Part shown: positions 13,701 to 32,982 of the stretch, piece after piece | Layout of the letters: each line of letters begins with the position of its first letter | Numbering within the stretch: the first letter of the stretch is position 1 | Assembly: GCF_000150275.1 (NCBI RefSeq) | Contig: NW_002060943.1 | Coordinates: 10,785,515-10,849,514 of the forward strand | DNA length: 64,000 nt | From: Trichoplax adhaerens | Lineage: Eukaryota; Animalia; Placozoa | Reading direction: 5' to 3' | Made by a program: the position numbers and the translations under genes | Notes under the pieces: model-generated | The model's input: only the letters and a program-made list of their open reading frames with translations | Databases searched by the model: none | Told to the model about the DNA's origin: nothing

Positions 13701-15245
13701 TTTTAGTCAACAACTATTACAATGTTAGAAGAAAATCTCTCAGCTTATAATCTTGGTCTAATTAATTTTACTTAACTTACAATATAATTTAATTTCAATT
13801 GTTACAGAAATGTCAAAATGTCAAGTCCGAAGTTAAATTATCTTGTTCTACTTGGTTGTATAATTTTATACATTGCTGTTATCGTCATGGGTATTGATGG
13901 AAAAGATTGGATTACCAAACTTTGCATGGTTTGCTAGAATGAATCTCGTATCAAAATGGATTGTCCAGAGTTTTTAGTTACCAATGTTGGTTTAGGTGCT
14001 TCAATTCTAATATTTACTTTTTCTATTGAAATTCTTAGCTAACTCCGTGGTTTATATGCGTGGGTTTTACTTTAGCTGCTGGTGCACTCTTCACCAAGAC
14101 TTATCGAGTATACAGGCTGTTGACAGCAAAGACTAAACTTCGAGCTGTAAGCATTGCTAGAATTTTTTCGTTCTTTAAGCTGAAAAAGGTAGACTAGAAT
14201 TCCTTTATAACTGCTTCAAATTATAATATACACAACTATAGCCAATTCGAGACCACCATTTATACGCCATCATTTTCATTCTGTTGGTCATTGAAGCTGG
14301 TATATTAACTGCTTGGACAGTAGTTGACCCGTTGCATTCAGAGATAGCTTATAAAGTTTTAGATGTAAGAAATTGATCTCAGATGCATCATTATTTTTAC
14401 GATGTATTTTTGTTATGAATATCCTTTGAAACTTCTAATAATGGATTTCGTATCAATCAATAAATTAGATACCAATAGCAGAAAGAGGCACACGTTATTG
14501 TGGATATTATTTTCAATGCAATTGTAAATATAAAACATATTGGTTTGTTACAACTATATCTCTCAATGCCGTTATACTTTTGTTTGGTGCTTTCTTGGCA
14601 TACGAGACAAGGAATATCAAGATCACTTCAATGAACGATTCAAAAGAAATTGCTATATGTATTTATAACATTATACTTTTGTGTGGTGTGGCCATTGCGG
14701 TTTACATAACGACGCCAAAACATAGTGGCATCACCTATGGAATATCTGGAGGACTAATTTTATATTGTACTACTTCTTCGCTGTGCATTCTTTTCGTTCC
14801 TAAAGTAAGTGTCCTAACTTTAATGCTGAGAAACTCCGTACAATTATGCCTAAAAGCATATCTCGCATAGTCTATGTCTTCACTTAAAAAAATCTCATTT
14901 ATGATTCAATCGTTTTTAGATTGTGAGAAATTGTAAGTTAATCAAGCGTCGTCGACCAAGTTGCAGTACTGAAGCTAGTTGTAATACGAGTGTAATGTTA
15001 TCATACGACACATTTCAAGAGGTTAGTAGACAAATTTCTGAATCGTTCAGTAGGACTGCTTACAAAGGTATCTAATGACCTAAACTTGATAATAAATAGT
15101 TTTATTATTTTTTGGCGAATTCATTTAACAGAAAGAGAATGAAATTAGAAAACTCAAGCAAGAAGTTGATCGATTGCAATCTACACTACAAGTACTGAAC
15201 TGTACAGATACCAAAAAATACGACAGGAGTGATCCTTCTGAGTAG
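7757..15245 (+). CDS. GABA-B-like class C GPCR, paralogue 2 (complete)
   Basis: Signal peptide, then LYIGGLFP..GW..SGVIPAVEMALEDIN (7757-8032), LSDRNLFPTFFRT, YAGFGYDAVWAVALAL, KMSSPKLNYLVLLG, LFTKTYRVY, FGAFLAYETRNIKITSMNDSKEIAICIYN and a C-terminal coiled coil; stop TAG 15243-15245. Intron positions match paralogue 1. Confidence 0.93.
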
Positions 15246-15914
15246 TCCATTAGAGTTACGTATATTTGAGTAAATATAATGTCGATAGTTCTATATACGC
15301 GTATGCAAATAGCAACCGTAGAATATTACAACTTTACAATTAAATTACACAACCTGCATTATTTCATTAAGTATATGTTTATAGCAACCACGATCATTAA
15401 AATAGTTTAATATTGCGGTTATATTTTAAGATCAAAGTATAAATAGAAATTATAGGGTATATGGTACTCATATTTTTTCACTTCTAATGCTTAGTCGCAT
15501 GAAAATCTATGCTATATCATGAATTTTTCTTTCTTTCTTACAATGTTCGAGATTGCAATTTCCTTCAACGTTTTGACATTAGGCAATGTTACACTTTGAT
15601 GACAGCCATCTCATCTCTTTACTTTAGCTCTGTTTTAATACAAATTAACTTTACATAATAGACGAAGTTTAATCTTTATTTCAAGCAATTGTTTGAAAAG
15701 TGTCGAATAATTAAATGTGAAAATCCAAGAGTTGTATGAATTAAGTTAATATCGCTGAAGGACATCTATAAAATGAAGAAATTAATAAATAGTGACAATC
15801 TTTGATTGTACTATGTTCATTATCAATAATGCTTTGCATTACGAGCACTATCAAGGCAATTACGACGGTCAGAGTCACGCCTAAGGGCAAAGAAATACTA
15901 TTTCCGTCACCACC

Positions 15915-21976
<6,062 letters not shown>

Positions 21977-22029
21977 AGTTGCGATTTATTTTGAAATCGA
22001 TTTTCTTGACAGCTTAGCTAGTATTACAT

Positions 22030-22270
22030 TCTACTGTACAGTATACGCGTCTACTTGCTGGTTCATTTATTATTAATTCTTATTCGTGTTTCAGTCAGTC
22101 GGTTGTACTGTACAGTACCGTACACAAGCAAGCAGAAAAATCTGGCGGAGTACGGTAATTTAGAGCAGGCTAAGTTTTTGGCGGGAATTTGATTCTTTCT
22201 AACCAGTACAGTACTACGGACCATTACAGTGTACAGTACTGTAGAGACTACAGTACTGTACTGTACACTA
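22030..22270. repeat. TACAG/CTGTA palindromic pentamer array (RECQL4/RBM39 divergent promoter)
   Basis: e.g. GTACTGTACAGTAC and TACAGTGTACAGTACTGTAGAGACTACAGTACTGTACTGTACA; a smaller cluster lies at ~22830-22885. Confidence 0.85.
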
Positions 22271-22648
22271 CTGGAAGTTTTTTTTACCACTGAAATTTGA
22301 AACCTTACAACAAGTCGACAGTAAACTGTCCCCCCTATCAGGGGTTTCTCGATTTTGTACTTAACTTTTTGCTATACTCTAATTAATGAAGAAATTGATG
22401 ACTAGAGAAACAGTGTAGATGGTTCCCATCAACATCACAGACAGTCTGTACGGTACAGTACAACGTACTGCACTGTACACTACTGGAAGTTTTTTAACCA
22501 CTGAAACCTGAAACCTCACAGAGGTCAATAGTAAACTGTGTCCTCTATCACGGGCTTCTCGATTTTGTACTCCACTTTTTGCTGTACTCTAACTCATGAA
22601 GAAATTGATGACTAAAGAAACAGTGTAGATTGTTCCCATCAACATCAC
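22253..22648. repeat. Tandem duplication of a ~185-bp non-coding unit (period ~212 bp)
   Basis: Copies at 22253-22438 and 22465-22648 share CTGTACACTACTGGAAGTTTTTT...TTCTCGATTTTGTACT...ATGAAGAAATTGATGACTA...CAGTGTAGAT.GTTCCCATCAACATCAC. Confidence 0.95.
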
Positions 22649-23032
22649 CAATCCTGCACTCTGTACTTGGGATAAATTTCCCCCCCCCCAAAAAAAAAAG
22701 TTGAGAGGTCCTTGCCTGCCTCTAGTAGCAATGTTGACTTGGTAGTTCATAGATTAAAGATGATTTTGAGGCCATTTGCTTCATTGTCAATGATTTTTTT
22801 GCCCTGAGTTATTCACAAAAGGGCAAAAACCTACAGTACTACAATACAGTGTACTGTAGAGTAGAATACTAGCAAGTACTGTATTCGACGGCACAAGTGT
22901 GCATGCTCATTGTGGCACGTGCACACACTCACTAGACTGTAATGTTTCATGCTACACTGCTAGTCCAATACTGGCATAACTCATTGTTGGCTGCTTGGAA
23001 GTAAAAAGTGCGACGAGTTCACTTTTCTCGCT

Positions 23033-23040
23033 GCCATTTT
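23033..23040 (+). promoter_or_regulatory. YY1-like motif in the presumed non-coding first exon of RBM39
   Basis: GCCATTTT in a pyrimidine-rich stretch ~70 nt before the strong donor GG|GTAAGT at 23113. Confidence 0.35.
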
Positions 23041-23446
23041 CTTCGGACGTTCCCTGGCAATCGTTTATCGCGCCGTTCTTCATCATTGCTTTTCTGAAAC
23101 GTTCTTTTGCGGGTAAGTATTAAGATTCTATGATAGGCAAAAGTTGATAGAATACGCTCAGTATGGTAGTAATTCAAATACTTCCAACTATTTGCAAACT
23201 ATTGTGCTTGCATGTCCTTTTCCACACTACAATACTGTACCATCGTGTCATCTTGATACATTGACTGGACGTAGACTACAGAGCTGTAGTGAATGCTTAG
23301 ATATAAAGTTTAATCCAACTAGTCGACTTTTAACGATTCTGAATTATTCTATTATTGTTTAAGAAAGAAAATTTCATTTTGTGATTTAGGTGCGTAACCT
23401 TTACAGGTGAAATCTTGCTATATTTGGTGACTAAATAATACAAAAT

Positions 23447-26400
23447 ATGGCTGATGATATTAATGTCGATGAATTGATCGAAGCACCTTATAAGAAGACT
23501 GAGGTAACGGGTTTCGATTATAACATGCTGATAGTAAAAATAACTTACTGAGAATGGATCGAGACGCTTGAGTATTTTGCAGATAGTACAGTAGTAAAGT
23601 TTATAGCACTACTAAACAACTTCAAGTAGAATATACGCTTTGGTGCAATGGAAACCTCAAAGTCTTCTGCATCGATGTAGTAGTACTGTATATGTATATA
23701 TATAGATTGTACTATAATAGTGCAATAGTCCTTCAATATGCAAGAGGGATAAAAGTGATTACGATCCCTGCTCTTTGCAGTACTTATGATATATACGTAG
23801 AAAGATTGCATACTATTGTATGCATGTACTGTACAATAGTACGTAAATCAGCATAAGATGCTAAATTCGCATATAAAAATTGGACGTTTTTACTGCATAT
23901 GATAAAAGCACGCCACTGCTTAGCCATGTCTATGCGGATACGGTACTGTAGTTTCAATATAGCCTATGGCTAATAACTGTGTAATGACGCTTATTTCTAT
24001 TCAAATCTGAATTAAGCCGGATGATTAGCTAAAACTGCTGTTCTGTTCCGTTATAATGTAGAATGTAGTTGTATAGTACTGTACTTTGTGTTCTATATAA
24101 CTTGATGGAATCAAGTAATTTTCATGTCCTTGAGAAATTACAAGTCAACATACTCGTAAAACGTGTAATCGTAACTAGTAATGCACTTGGTATATTGTAA
24201 CTCCTTCGTTGTTGAACAAGTATACAGACAGTATTGGCAAGTATTATATTTTATTTCTTTAATGAAGACTAGTTTTCTATAAATACTGAGTGTGTAGGAC
24301 TCAAAATTGTTTCATGATATCGATATAGCTTGCGATACAGTACAATATACATGGATTGTTATAATAAATTGACTATTCAGTACGTACGTGGAAATCTAGC
24401 AACCTGCATCATTATCTGTTATAAAGATCAGTTCGTTATATTATTCCTGAGAAAAGGATATGAAAAACTATGCGTGCTTATACAAGAATTGGTGTGGGTC
24501 TGTCCACAAATAACTATGATGCTGACAGTTGTATGCATTCTCTTTTCTAGAGCTTATTGACTTTTACAACGTGCTTACAGCTTGAAGTTATATTGAGGTA
24601 GAGAACAGTTTGGGAGAAATCGTCTCACTTTGCGTCACTGCTGATATTTAAATTGTACTCGTTGTAGTAGTACATTTCTGTAGGTTTACCATTTCGTCTA
24701 AATTAACAATTACCTGGGCACTTATGATACTATCACTCATCGATTGTGCGTCATGAGAGAATTCGCATTAACATTGCTATGCGTCGTTGTTATTTGTATT
24801 CGGGATTCGTATTGTGTTAAGACTTTGATACAGTATATTTGTTTTGTTCAGATAATTCGCTTCCGTTGCATTTATTCTACTTTAAATAATAGTTGGTATT
24901 GCGATATGCCTCGACCGTATGCGTTATGTTGTCTGCTTCTAGGCCTGCTGCTGTCAATACGTAACCATTGGTGTTCGATTGATAGATCGAGAGATTGAGT
25001 AATCGATTGTTGTCAGTCGATGAAAGCAAGGAAGCTACCCGAATACTTAGCTGCATCATGCTGATAAATTACCAATTTTTTTTTCTTGAAAAATATTTCA
25101 AATCCTTAATTATAGAATGAAGTGAAGCCCATAGAAGAAGATAAAGACAAGGACCAAGAAAAGAACGACGCTAGTGGAGATCGCAAGAGGTAAATATCGT
25201 CCGCCATAGTTCAAATGAAAATTTTAGTCACAATTGTAAATCCCTATGGACTTTTACTTGACATTGATTATACTAAACTATGAATTTTTATATAATACTG
25301 CTTAATATGATAAAATATAGTAAAAGCAAGAAAAGAAAAAAGAGTAGAAGCCGCAGTAGCAGTCCTCGACGACGTAGTCGATCTCCACGTCGTCGTAGTC
25401 GATCTCCACGTCGTCGTAGTCGATCTCCACGCCGTCGTAGTCGATCGCCACGCCGTCGTAGTCGATCGCCTCGCCGTCGTCGATCCCCTCGCCGTCGGTC
25501 TCCAAAACATAGGCATCGGTACAGTGATGAAAAAATGTTGTAATTTTTTTCCAGATTGCGACTTTTGAATAACTGGATAGACTGTCAAAAGCTTAAGATT
25601 GTTAGCGTTATTATATTACATTTACTGCACCGTTGATCACACTATATGTTAATTCAACTTAAAATGATAGGAGGAGTAGAAGCCGAAGCCACGATCGTCA
25701 TCGTAGAAGAAGTAGGAGTAGAGATAAGGAAAGTAAGCATGGAGGAAGACGCAAGAGTCGTAGTAAAAGTAAGAGTCCAGCTCAACCTGCGGAAAGGTAA
25801 CGATGCAAAATGGTTAACCTCTAAATTTTGCTAATTGGTATTAATGTAACTACAAACCCTAAAATGGATGATAAAGTTATACATAAGATTCAATTCGCAT
25901 TGATTTATTTAGGCCTCCACGTGCAGCTTCACCTCAGCTAACTCCAGATGAAAGGGATCAGAGGACAGTATTTTGCATGCAGTTAGCTGGTAGAACTGGT
26001 AGAAGACAACTGGAAGAATTATTTTCTCCTGTTGGGGAGGTACCATATGATTTAATTGTCCCAAATTAAAGTTATTAAGATGTAGAGTAAATGAAAGTCA
26101 GAAGAGATCTTATATCCGTTTGCTATTTCGTGTCGAAAATACAGTTTTAACTCGCAGCATGCAGCTTTCGTTCTGTATTTGACATTGTATCATTTATCGA
26201 AATTAACGATCTTAACATTTTAACGTTTCAGATGCGAGATATACGGGTTATTGCTGATCGTAATTCCCGTCGGTCCAAAGGCATTGCTTATGTTGAATTT
26301 CGTCTAGTAGATTCTGTCGATAAAGCACTGAAGTTAAATGGTACGAAAGTTGAAGGAATTCCAATAATGATCCAACGTACTCAGTCAGAGAAGAATAAGT

Positions 26401-27969
26401 GAGTCTTGATAATTTCACGTGTTAACTATATTATCCATGGTATAATTCAGATAAAACTTGCTTATAGGATTGCTGCACTGCAAGCTCAGCAGAAAGCACA
26501 GCAAGGACCAACGCGTTTATATATCGGGTCGTTACATTACAACATTAACGAAGATATGCTGCGTGCTATTTTTGAACCGTTCGGATTGGTAATATGATGC
26601 TGCATACGAATTATGTCAATATATCGCTGTATTCTTAATGACATTTGCATGATCGGAAGTTACCGTTTCTATGTTAAAAAACGATAGGTTGAAAACGTAA
26701 ACATAATAAGAGATAGTGATACCAATGTTTCAAAGGGATATGGATTCATTCAGGTAGTATAAACTATTGTACCAGTTCGTGATATTGATGATCTATTTTG
26801 TTAGTCAGTTTCTCTAATGTAAGCCTAACTTTTCAAGTTATACGTTAATGTGTCTGAGTTTAAGCAACTGATGCAGGAGTAAATTTTAATCATGTTTTAT
26901 TGATTCATGATAATATACAGTACAAAGAACCTGATAGTGCTAGAAGAGCTCTTGAGCAACTCAACGGTCTGGAGGTGGCAGGTAGACCAATTAAAGTTGG
27001 CACCGTAACCGATAGAAGTGCTGATTTGTCAGCAATGTCTGCACTAGATGATGATGACACCGAAAGAGGTGGAATCGAAATGAATTCGTTATCACGTGTT
27101 GCGTTGATGGCTAAATTATCTCAGACACATAATGCCAGTAAGTTTGATAATTAGAGTTTAATTCCGTACTGCATCATATCTCCTTTTATTAAAAGTTTTT
27201 AACATTAACTTCTTTGTCTTGCAAACAATTTTTAATGCATTTTATATCTGCTTAAAGATTTAAACCCACCTACCGCATTAAGCAATACTTCCTCAGCTAC
27301 TGTGCCGGTGTCTGTGCCGGTGCCTGTGCCTGTGCCTGGACCAACTCTTCCTGCTACTGGTCTAATTCCGGCAGCTAATACGGTGCAAGCTTCGCCTTGT
27401 TTCTTAATATCGAATATGTTTGACCCAGCTAAGTAAGTACGCTTTTGCCGTCACTTTTTTGAAAATCTTGAATTTATGTTTAGAGATGTTGTTTACTACA
27501 GAGAAACGGATCAGGATTGGGATTTAGATATCCGTGACGATATCATTGAAGAGTGCAACAAGCATGGAAATGTTTACCATGTATATGTAGATAAAACTTC
27601 CCCTGTAAGACTTCTGTTGCTTCCTAGTTTCACTTGAGCTTATTATTTACCATGCCTAACCCTACGTGTGTAATTCTTTTGTCATTCGTAGAAAGGTATT
27701 GTGTACGTAAAGTGTCAAACGATTGATGTTGCTGCTAGGGCGGTTAAGTCTCTAAATGGGAGATGGTTTGCAGGTATAATCGCTACCCTTTTAGTACTAT
27801 TGTTCGATTAAGTAATAAATGGAATTACTATGTGACTCGCAACTAAGTTAGGAGTGTTTCTTTCATAGGTAACATGATCACAGCACAATTTTTATCATTG
27901 GCGAGCTATCATACGACCTTTCCACAAGCAGCGAATGCTAATACACCATTGAAGCCTTCTGCGTCATAG
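23447..27969 (+). CDS. RBM39: RNA-binding protein 39 (CAPER; RBM39/RBM23 family splicing factor)
   Basis: MADDINVDELIEAPYKK start, RS domain, RRM1 (ERDQRTVFCMQL...SKGIAYVEF), RRM2 (RLYIGSLHYNINEDMLRAIFEPFG...SKGYGFIQ), linker, UHM (SNMFDP...WDLDIRDDIIEEC...LNGRWFAG); stop TAG 27967-27969. Confidence 0.96.
25361..25505 (+). repeat. Coding 21-bp tandem repeat (SPRRRSR)n in the RBM39 RS domain
   Basis: About five copies of CCACGTCGTCGTAGTCGATCT-like units plus two shortened copies. Confidence 0.9.
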
Positions 27970-29099
27970 GTTATGGTAAGGTATCGCTAAGATAAAGAGC
28001 ATCGTTGAAATGAAGATCAATTATCGGGCAATGTGAATTACAAACTTAAGTATTATCAAAAGTATTGCTATGACCATGAATGTGAATTTTGTCAGATATA
28101 AATGAAGCATAGCGAAAAATGTGCTGTTATAACAGTAGCTTTTAAGGTAGTTTATAATTTATACTGTGAGATATGTTGAAGAAGCGTGTATTTAGTTGGT
28201 GTATGCCTGTATGCCCTCTTAAATCGCATAAGTTATCTAGAATACCACGGTACTGTCGGATAAAGTAGCTAAACATCACTTATAGGTTTTGTATATCAAT
28301 TTGTTTTGATACAATTCTGTTCCCTTTCATATTGTGACAGTGCTCTATTGAATAGTCTATTATAAAAAATAAAAAGATTTTGACGATTAGTCATGCAATT
28401 TCTTGTGTATCGAGATTGGTTAGGAAAGCACTTTTAATCTTTATGGTTTACTAATTATAATAATATAAGAGAGCAATACTACAGGTGTGAAAAGTGTGAC
28501 GGGAAATATCATGAAGTCACAATCAATGCATATAATTAATTTTTTTAATGCAGATATGCTCATGTTATGCATGCATACTATACTGTCGATAGCATAGTAT
28601 CCAGTATAATAGCCTATTTACAGTTAGTATCTTAAATTAAAACAATAAACTGCTTACAGTATATAAAGACGAGAATAGATTTCGATGCTCAAGGTTTGTT
28701 ATTTTACATCCACCATATCTGCATGCAAAGAAAATCTATTCATCCAAATAAAACATGATCTTCAAATGAGGTCGAAGTGCTATACCAGACGGTGTTGCAG
28801 ATAAACTGCATAGACTAGCGACAATGCAGTACCCTGGACTGTATTGTAGAATGATTATGTGCTGTAGTGGACTACAAATTATTTAGTCTAGTTAAGGATA
28901 CATACTATATAGTAGGGATCTTATTAATAAATAAATGACTTCTGTGTCTGCAGAGCTGTACAACTGACATTGTATACCTACGTACAGCACATTTACATGG
29001 CAGATGTTGCGTGAAAAGTTCTACTTTACTCAAGGACTACTAGATTGCTAGCCTAGATTGCTGGGTTTCTAGTCATCCAAGACTTTACTCAGGGACTAC

Positions 29100-29290
29100 C
29101 AACTGTAACTGTAAATGTACACTATACAGTATGTACACTACTATATACAGTACAGTAGTACTGTACTGTACAGTATATTGTATAGTACTTATAGTACTGT
29201 ATGCTGTTCTGTATTGCACTGATTGAACTTCATTGCAGAGCAGGAAATCAGGACAACACTAGAGTACACTGTACTGTACTGCGCTACTAG
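29100..29290. repeat. TACAG/CTGTA array upstream of B3GALNT2
   Basis: ATACAGTACAGTAGTACTGTACTGTACAGTA and CACTGTACTGTACT, 100-280 bp before the ATG. Confidence 0.85.
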
Positions 29291-29384
29291 CTGTAGTTCT
29301 CGAGCAAATTATGCTTGCTCAGTTGCTAAATGTTATGCTTTGAAGCATAAAGGACTAAATAATGGAAGGATCCTCCTAGGAGCA

Positions 29385-32300
29385 ATGGCAATTAATGGAA
29401 GAAATCCTTTACCGATATTCCTTGACTGCTCTTTACCTATGTTATTACTATTTTGTATCATAGGGTTACTTGCATGGCCATTTTGTTACAATTTCATTGC
29501 TAGCAATGACGATTTACGTAAGACCTTGAGCTAATATGCAAATTTGTTTATGTAGCCTGCTGTAATATCTTCCTAATACTAATTGGTAGTATAGTATGCC
29601 AGTTTTCTGATGTTTTACGTTATTATGATCAGCTTAGAGATAAGTTAGTTCTACGCGTTCACAGATTGCAATTATAATATGAGTGCATTCTATTTTTCTA
29701 TCGTATCTCAGTTTTCTTTTCTCATTTCAAAAACATGCTCAATGAAGGATCGTATGATATGGTTATTGGCATAGTGTCCGCCCGTAATAATTCAAAATTA
29801 AGGCAGGCTATTCGAGATACATGGCTTGGTGCTTTGATGACAAATCAGCAGTTAATAACCAGGTGAATACGCATGCTGATTTACAGATTCCAACGACGTA
29901 TAGCATTGAATAATTAATTCTCTGTTATACCTGAGTTGAATTTTTGCAAATCTAGCCAAATTTTCATATTTAATCATACTCTTATAGACTTTACTACGGT
30001 TAAAGTTTTGATATTAGTGATTAGTTTCGTCGAGATGCTTTCATGACGAAAGATAGGTAATATAATTAATCAATCAATCAATATGTTGTACTTAGTAAAT
30101 TTAGGGAATACGGCATAATTTTATTGCTAGGTTACACTCATACTTCAGATGCAGATTGAATGAATAGTACTGTATTGCTCGTTATATATAGTTTTCATGA
30201 AATTAATACTGTCAATAGTGAACTATATTTTAAGATATCAAGGTTATTTATTATTACTATTGTCTTTGTATTTCTTGCATTAGTATATTCGTAGATCAGG
30301 TTGATAATAATTAATTCACGGATTATTCATTTAATTTTTGATACAGAAAATTTAAAATATTAGTAAAGTTCATTGTCGGCGATTCTCCATGTATGATTCC
30401 TCCGGTATGGCGGGAAGATCAATATACATGTCAAAAAAAGATCATAAGAAGTGCGTTTTAAATTGTAAAATTAAGTAATAATAATCGTAGTTATATATAA
30501 TGTCTAGTAAATTTAATCTGCTATAGCCCTGCTGTATAGTATTATGAAAGAATAAATAAGTACTATTTTATTAATTGATTAGCTGATTTTATGATACAGC
30601 ACCTGTTGTAAATATTATTGCATGTAATTGATTAGTTTGTTATGTATAATGTCCTATATTTATTGTGAAATATAAAACGTACAGGGAATTAGCTGTTACA
30701 GGAATTATGTTTTGTTATGTTATTTCTATTTCGTGGTGAATTTCATAGATTTTATCATTACATATTGTATAGTAAGCGAGTACAACATAAATTTATTTAT
30801 AAAGCGTAATTGCTAACTATATGTATTATGATTTAAGATTCTTCAGATGTTCATTCCGTTGTCCAACTGAAATCCAACTTTGAATATTCTAGAGATGAGG
30901 ATACGAATCATTATTTTTCGTTAGGGATCCGTTTTACAGTTTACCATCCTATTGTTATTAGTTCACTGGGTATGATCAACTTCAAAGAAAATCGAAATAA
31001 AGGCACAAAATTGTACTTATATGATGAAATTAGTCAGGTACTGAAAATTACTTTACCAGTTGATGTTATTATTTTGAAGATATTTGTTAGTCACATGACT
31101 TTAATTAAAGAGCCAAATTTTAAAACTTCTTGCTATAGCAAACCGTTGCTCATACCACTTTTAACCATAATAATCCTGGTAGAGTCTTCCATAACTTTCG
31201 TTACAGTGACATTGGTTATTATTTGTTACCCAAAGTAGGTCGTTTATGCGGTTACTCTACCTGTAACGCTTTTGTAGTAACAGTCATGCAATCAATAACC
31301 ACATTAAAATAATAGTGATGGTCTAAATTATACAGGGATTCATTGGGTGTGTCTTTGCTGAAAATATTACTAATGTAGCTATTTCAAGAAAGCGCTCCGA
31401 TTGGATACTAGATGAAGGAGAAAATGCTATTAAAATTTTCGAGGTTTCGTATGCTATCTGGATTTCGAGATGAAGAGATTATAAATTTTAAATTTTTATT
31501 AAACTTCATGTTTTAATCCCAATTTCATGATAGCTGAAATTATATAATCATGACACGAATGGAATACCTCGCGAAGAAGAATTTATGTTGAAGAGAAGAT
31601 TAGTAGACATCGGCTTATCTTTTCAATACAAAATTAAAGGTGGAATGAGAAAATTTTAATCATTAATCAATGATGTTAGACTGAGAGAATTTATTTAAAT
31701 AGAAGAAGCTACTATAACAGCGAATTATACAGAAGATGAGTATAAAGAGTTGTTAAATGAGGAACGGGAAGCTCTACATCAGGAAATGGTTGCATATGAT
31801 GATATTGTTCTTGTGCCTCACATGGACGTTTATCGAACTTTAGCAAGTAAAATGCTCCTTTTCTATGATTGGTATGCAAAAATTACGAAATAGTATAATA
31901 TTAACAGACTTCATATAAAATAACAATTAGTAGTTATTTAATAATTATGATGTTCTATACTCGCTAACTATAGGTTAATGAAAAATCTCGAATTTCAGTT
32001 ATTCATGAAAGTAGATGATGACTGTTTTGTAAATATCAACTCCATTGTAGAGGTACTGTAATCCTATTACCTCCAATCTAGAGTTGTAGCTTTTTAAAAA
32101 TAATAGTGGAGCAGTAACGTGCCATTATTGCTCGTAATGCTTCTGTACTTGATGATTTTCAGGCTATACATAGTCTTGATCTACTGGAGAAGCGTAAGTT
32201 TTGGTGGGGCAAGTAAGTGTTTGCATTATAGTTGGTTTTAGTGTTGTATTACTTATATAGTATAACCCTAGAAGTATCTTAGGTTATGAGTGTCATTGTT

Positions 32301-32982
32301 TGTCTCAATTAAATTAGTTTTCGTTCGAACTGGCCAGTAGAGCGATTTGGGAAATGGAGCGAATTGGACTACAACTGTCCGATTTATCCAGCATTCGCAT
32401 GTGGTAGTGGTAGCATTTTAACAGCTGATATCATCAAATGGTTGGCAAACAACAGACAATGGTTGAAACCCTATCAGGTCTTATCATTCAATTTTAGTTA
32501 CGTAAGACTAGTTCCTTTGTTGTACAGACCTACAGACTGAGCTATGTGTATGCTTATATTTATCCTGGCCATTTCAGCCACACAGAAAGATAATCTATAA
32601 AATTTAATATTGAAATTTCTAAATGCATTATGCTTCTTATTAGGGAGAAGATGTGTCCATGGGAATTTGGATGACTGCTCTTGCTCCGTTGCTGATTAAA
32701 GTAACAATCACTGATCTATTTATATTGACACTAACTAAGAAGACTTTGTAATAAATATTATGATTTAATACGTAGTCATAAAAATTTCCGACCACTTCAT
32801 ATACGTAAAGTTTACTAGAATGATATACGTATTGTCCTATTTTTTGTAAATCCTAGGATGGAAATTGGGAATGTTTCTCTACCTGCAATAAAAATATGTA
32901 TACTTCCCCTGAACACTCACCAGAGGAATTGGTGGCATTATGGAGGAGTTACTTAAAATGCGGCAACCCTTGCGGTTGTTAA
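29385..32982 (+). CDS. B3GALNT2: UDP-GalNAc:beta-1,3-N-acetylgalactosaminyltransferase 2 (GT31)
   Basis: N-terminal TM anchor, [34 protein letters not shown] (DxD), [37 protein letters not shown]-terminal CGNPCGC*, co-linear with human B3GALNT2 as I recall it. Confidence 0.92.

Noticed and set aside
25268-25588. Antisense repetitive ORFs (RSTTTAW)n and (DYDDVEI)n
   Set aside because: Reverse-strand shadows of the RBM39 RS repeat.
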